Of a DNA stretch of 64,000 nt, positions 61,890 to 64,000 are shown piece after piece. Numbering within the stretch: position 1 is the stretch's first letter; every line of letters begins with the position of its first letter. The notes beneath the pieces were generated by a model. That model was not told the origin of the DNA. It saw only the letters and a list, made by a program, of their open reading frames with translations, and searched no databases. This DNA comes from an uncultured Nitrospiraceae bacterium (lineage in GTDB: Bacteria > Nitrospirota > Nitrospiria > Nitrospirales > Nitrospiraceae). Made by a program: the position numbers and the translations under genes. The stretch lies in assembly GCA_963846575.1 (NCBI GenBank), contig CAWJWJ010000002.1, forward strand, positions 256,001-320,000, written 5' to 3'.

Positions 61890-64000
61890 ATGCAGTCTGA
61901 CAAGCTTCAGCGTGAGGCGACCAAGGTTTTAGAATGGGCTCAATTGTTGGACGTCTTAGCTTCCCACACACAATCCACTGTGGGCGCAGAGCATTGTCGC
62001 TCCTTGGGGCTGGAGCAGGATCTTGCCCGTGCTTCGATGCGGCAGGAGGAAACATCCGACCTGATACGACTTAAAGCAGGGAGTGATCCCTTTCCTCAGC
62101 TTCGGTTTCCTTCAGTCGCTGAAGGGTTGGGCCGTGTGGCGAAGGGGGCCTGCTTAGAGGTCCATGAGCTCCGCGATGTGGCCCTGGTGCTGGAGGTGAT
62201 CGAAGAGGTGCATCGGTATCTAGGGCGACACCAGAGGGATGCGCCTACGTTGAGCGCCATGGCCTCGGAACTCGGGCCCATGGGCGAGTTCCGGAGGTTG
62301 CGGGCTGCGTTGAATGCCGCTATCGATCCGGACGGCTCCATGCGGGAATCAGCCAGCCCCGAATTACATCGGCTGACGCATCGGGCCAATGACCTCAAGC
62401 AGCACATGCGTCATCGCCTTGACCAGATTCTGCATTCCCGCCGCTACGAGGGCGTCTTGCAGGAAGACTATTTCGCGCAGCGCGAGGGGCGCTATGTGAT
62501 TCCGATCAAGACTGACATGCAGGGGAGAATACCCGGTATCGTGCACGATGTGTCGGCAAGTGGCGCCACCGTGTTTCTGGAACCGCGTGAGCTCGTTGAG
62601 TTCAATAACTCCATCAAAGTGGTGGACCTCGAAGTGGAACGCGAGGTGCGGAGAATTCTCCGGGAACTGTCTGCGATGCTCGCGCCGCACGCACCTGCGC
62701 TTTCAATCAGTGTGGCGCTGCTGGGGCAACTTGATGCCATCTCCGCCAAGGCAGGGCTGAGCCGGCAGTTGCACGCGAGTCCGCCGCGCCTCAATGACCG
62801 AGGGCGAATCATGCTCAAGCAGGCTCGGCATCCCTTTCTTGTGCTGACCAAGGAGCAGGTGGTGCCGAATGATCTGACATTTGATGAGACTGTGCGTGTC
62901 CTCATTATGTCGGGCCCCAATACCGGTGGGAAAACCGTGACACTGAAATTGTTGGGGCTGTTTTCCCTGATGGTGCGTTGCGGTCTGCACCTTCCCTGTG
63001 CGCCCGACTCGGAAATGGCCATTTTCCCGGCCGTCTACGCCGACATCGGTGATGCACAGGACCTGGCGCGCGACTTGTCCAGTTTTTCCGCCCACATTAC
63101 TCAAATGGTGCAATTGCTTCGGGAGGTTTCGTCTGGGACGGAGGGTGACAGCGACCATCCAGAAGACCCCGGACGAGCGCTCGTATTACTTGATGAGCCG
63201 GTAACGTCCACGGATCCGGCCGAGGGTGCCGCGCTGGCGAGTGCCCTGCTCTGTCGTTTGGCGGCTTCCGGCGTCAAGGTGGTGGCTACGACACACTACA
63301 GCCTCTTAAAAGGATTGGCGCAGGAGACGCAGGGTTTTGCCAATGCGAGCGTGGAGTTCAACCTGGACACCCTCTCGCCGACCTATCGGGTGATCGCGGG
63401 GCAGCCTGGCGGGTCCGCCGCGATCGAAATTGCCGGGCGTCTAGGCATGGACGAGTCATTGCTGCGGGATGCTCGTGCGCGACTACAGGGAGATAATCGC
63501 CTGCTAGAAACGCTTCTGAGCGATCTACAGGACAGACAGCGGCGAGTGAGTGAAGACGAGGCTGCTGCCAGTCTGGCGAAGCGGGCCGCCGAACAGATGG
63601 CGCGCGAGGCCGAGGATTTGTTGACATCCTTGCAGACATCGGAACGAGACGCGCGACAAGGGCTGAAGAAAAAACTGTCCGAAGAGTTCCAGCGTGCCAG
63701 ATCGTCGGTCCAGGCAACGCTTGATGATCTGAAGCGTGATCAAAAACTGATCAAGGCGAAAGAAGCCAAAGTCCGACTGGTTGAGTTGGAGCAGGAAGTC
63801 AGGCGAGAGGTCGGGGAGCCGCACGAGCCGGTTCCTGTGGACCAGATGGCGATCGGCGATGCGGTGGAGGTCGTGGGTCTCGGCATAACCGGAACGCTGC
63901 TTGAACATCCTCATGGGAAAAAACGGGTGCGTGTCAAAGTCGGAGAAGGAGAGCTCCTGGCAAATGTGGCAAGTCTGGCCGGGATCCCACGCCCCCGGCA
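61890..64000 (+). CDS. mutS2: Endonuclease MutS2 (runs off the window end; absent from the ORF track)
   Basis: Read manually: KVLEW, REGRYVIP, HDVSASGAT, ARHP, SGPNTGGKT (in frame at 62907), LDE...TDP.EG and TTHY. Confidence 0.93.
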   Translation, partial: MQSDKLQREATKVLEWAQLLDVLASHTQSTVGAEHCRSLGLEQDLARASMRQEETSDLIRLKAGSDPFPQLRFPSVAEGLGRVAKGACLEVHELRDVALVLEVIEEVHRYLGRHQRDAPTLSAMASELGPMGEFRRLRAALNAAIDPDGSMRESASPELHRLTHRANDLKQHMRHRLDQILHSRRYEGVLQEDYFAQREGRYVIPIKTDMQGRIPGIVHDVSASGATVFLEPRELVEFNNSIKVVDLEVEREVRRILRELSAMLAPHAPALSISVALLGQLDAISAKAGLSRQLHASPPRLNDRGRIMLKQARHPFLVLTKEQVVPNDLTFDETVRVLIMSGPNTGGKTVTLKLLGLFSLMVRCGLHLPCAPDSEMAIFPAVYADIGDAQDLARDLSSFSAHITQMVQLLREVSSGTEGDSDHPEDPGRALVLLDEPVTSTDPAEGAALASALLCRLAASGVKVVATTHYSLLKGLAQETQGFANASVEFNLDTLSPTYRVIAGQPGGSAAIEIAGRLGMDESLLRDARARLQGDNRLLETLLSDLQDRQRRVSEDEAAASLAKRAAEQMAREAEDLLTSLQTSERDARQGLKKKLSEEFQRARSSVQATLDDLKRDQKLIKAKEAKVRLVELEQEVRREVGEPHEPVPVDQMAIGDAVEVVGLGITGTLLEHPHGKKRVRVKVGEGELLANVASLAGIPRPR

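Overview
A gene-dense, GC-rich bacterial chromosomal window. Gene style and content suggest a Nitrospira-like organism; this is an inference from familiarity, not a search result. Left to right it holds: fur-fbpABC-exbB-exbD iron uptake; an orphan Panacea/DUF4065-like gene; orphan response regulators; M32 carboxypeptidase, O-methyltransferase and EamA genes; an accessory cluster (WcaB-like acyltransferase, FkbH, MaoC-SDR fusion, ACP, orphan Wzt); a TPP-riboswitch-led thiC-thi4-TPR-pseudoreceiver-ygfZ run; an AraC/methyltransferase pair; nadA, ileS-lspA and uppP; a coiled-coil HhH lipoprotein; a MacAB-type exporter; a comF-fmdB-HTH-mraZ-rusA-HD-GYP run; class 1A pyrD inside a split ABC system; bioB; and core genes (lapAB fusion, rsfS, nadD, proB, obgE, rpmA, rplU, ilvE, secG, tpiA, pgk, gap, partial mutS2). 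I found no CRISPR array, tRNA, rRNA or transposase. The best candidates for undescribed systems are a PKS-free FkbH/DH-KR/ACP cassette that may lactylate or glycerylate an exported polysaccharide (13.3-19.4 kb) and a dcw-independent MraZ paralogue co-transcribed with an excisionase-like HTH and RusA (41.3-44.0 kb). All calls come from motif recognition by eye, and start codons are best estimates.
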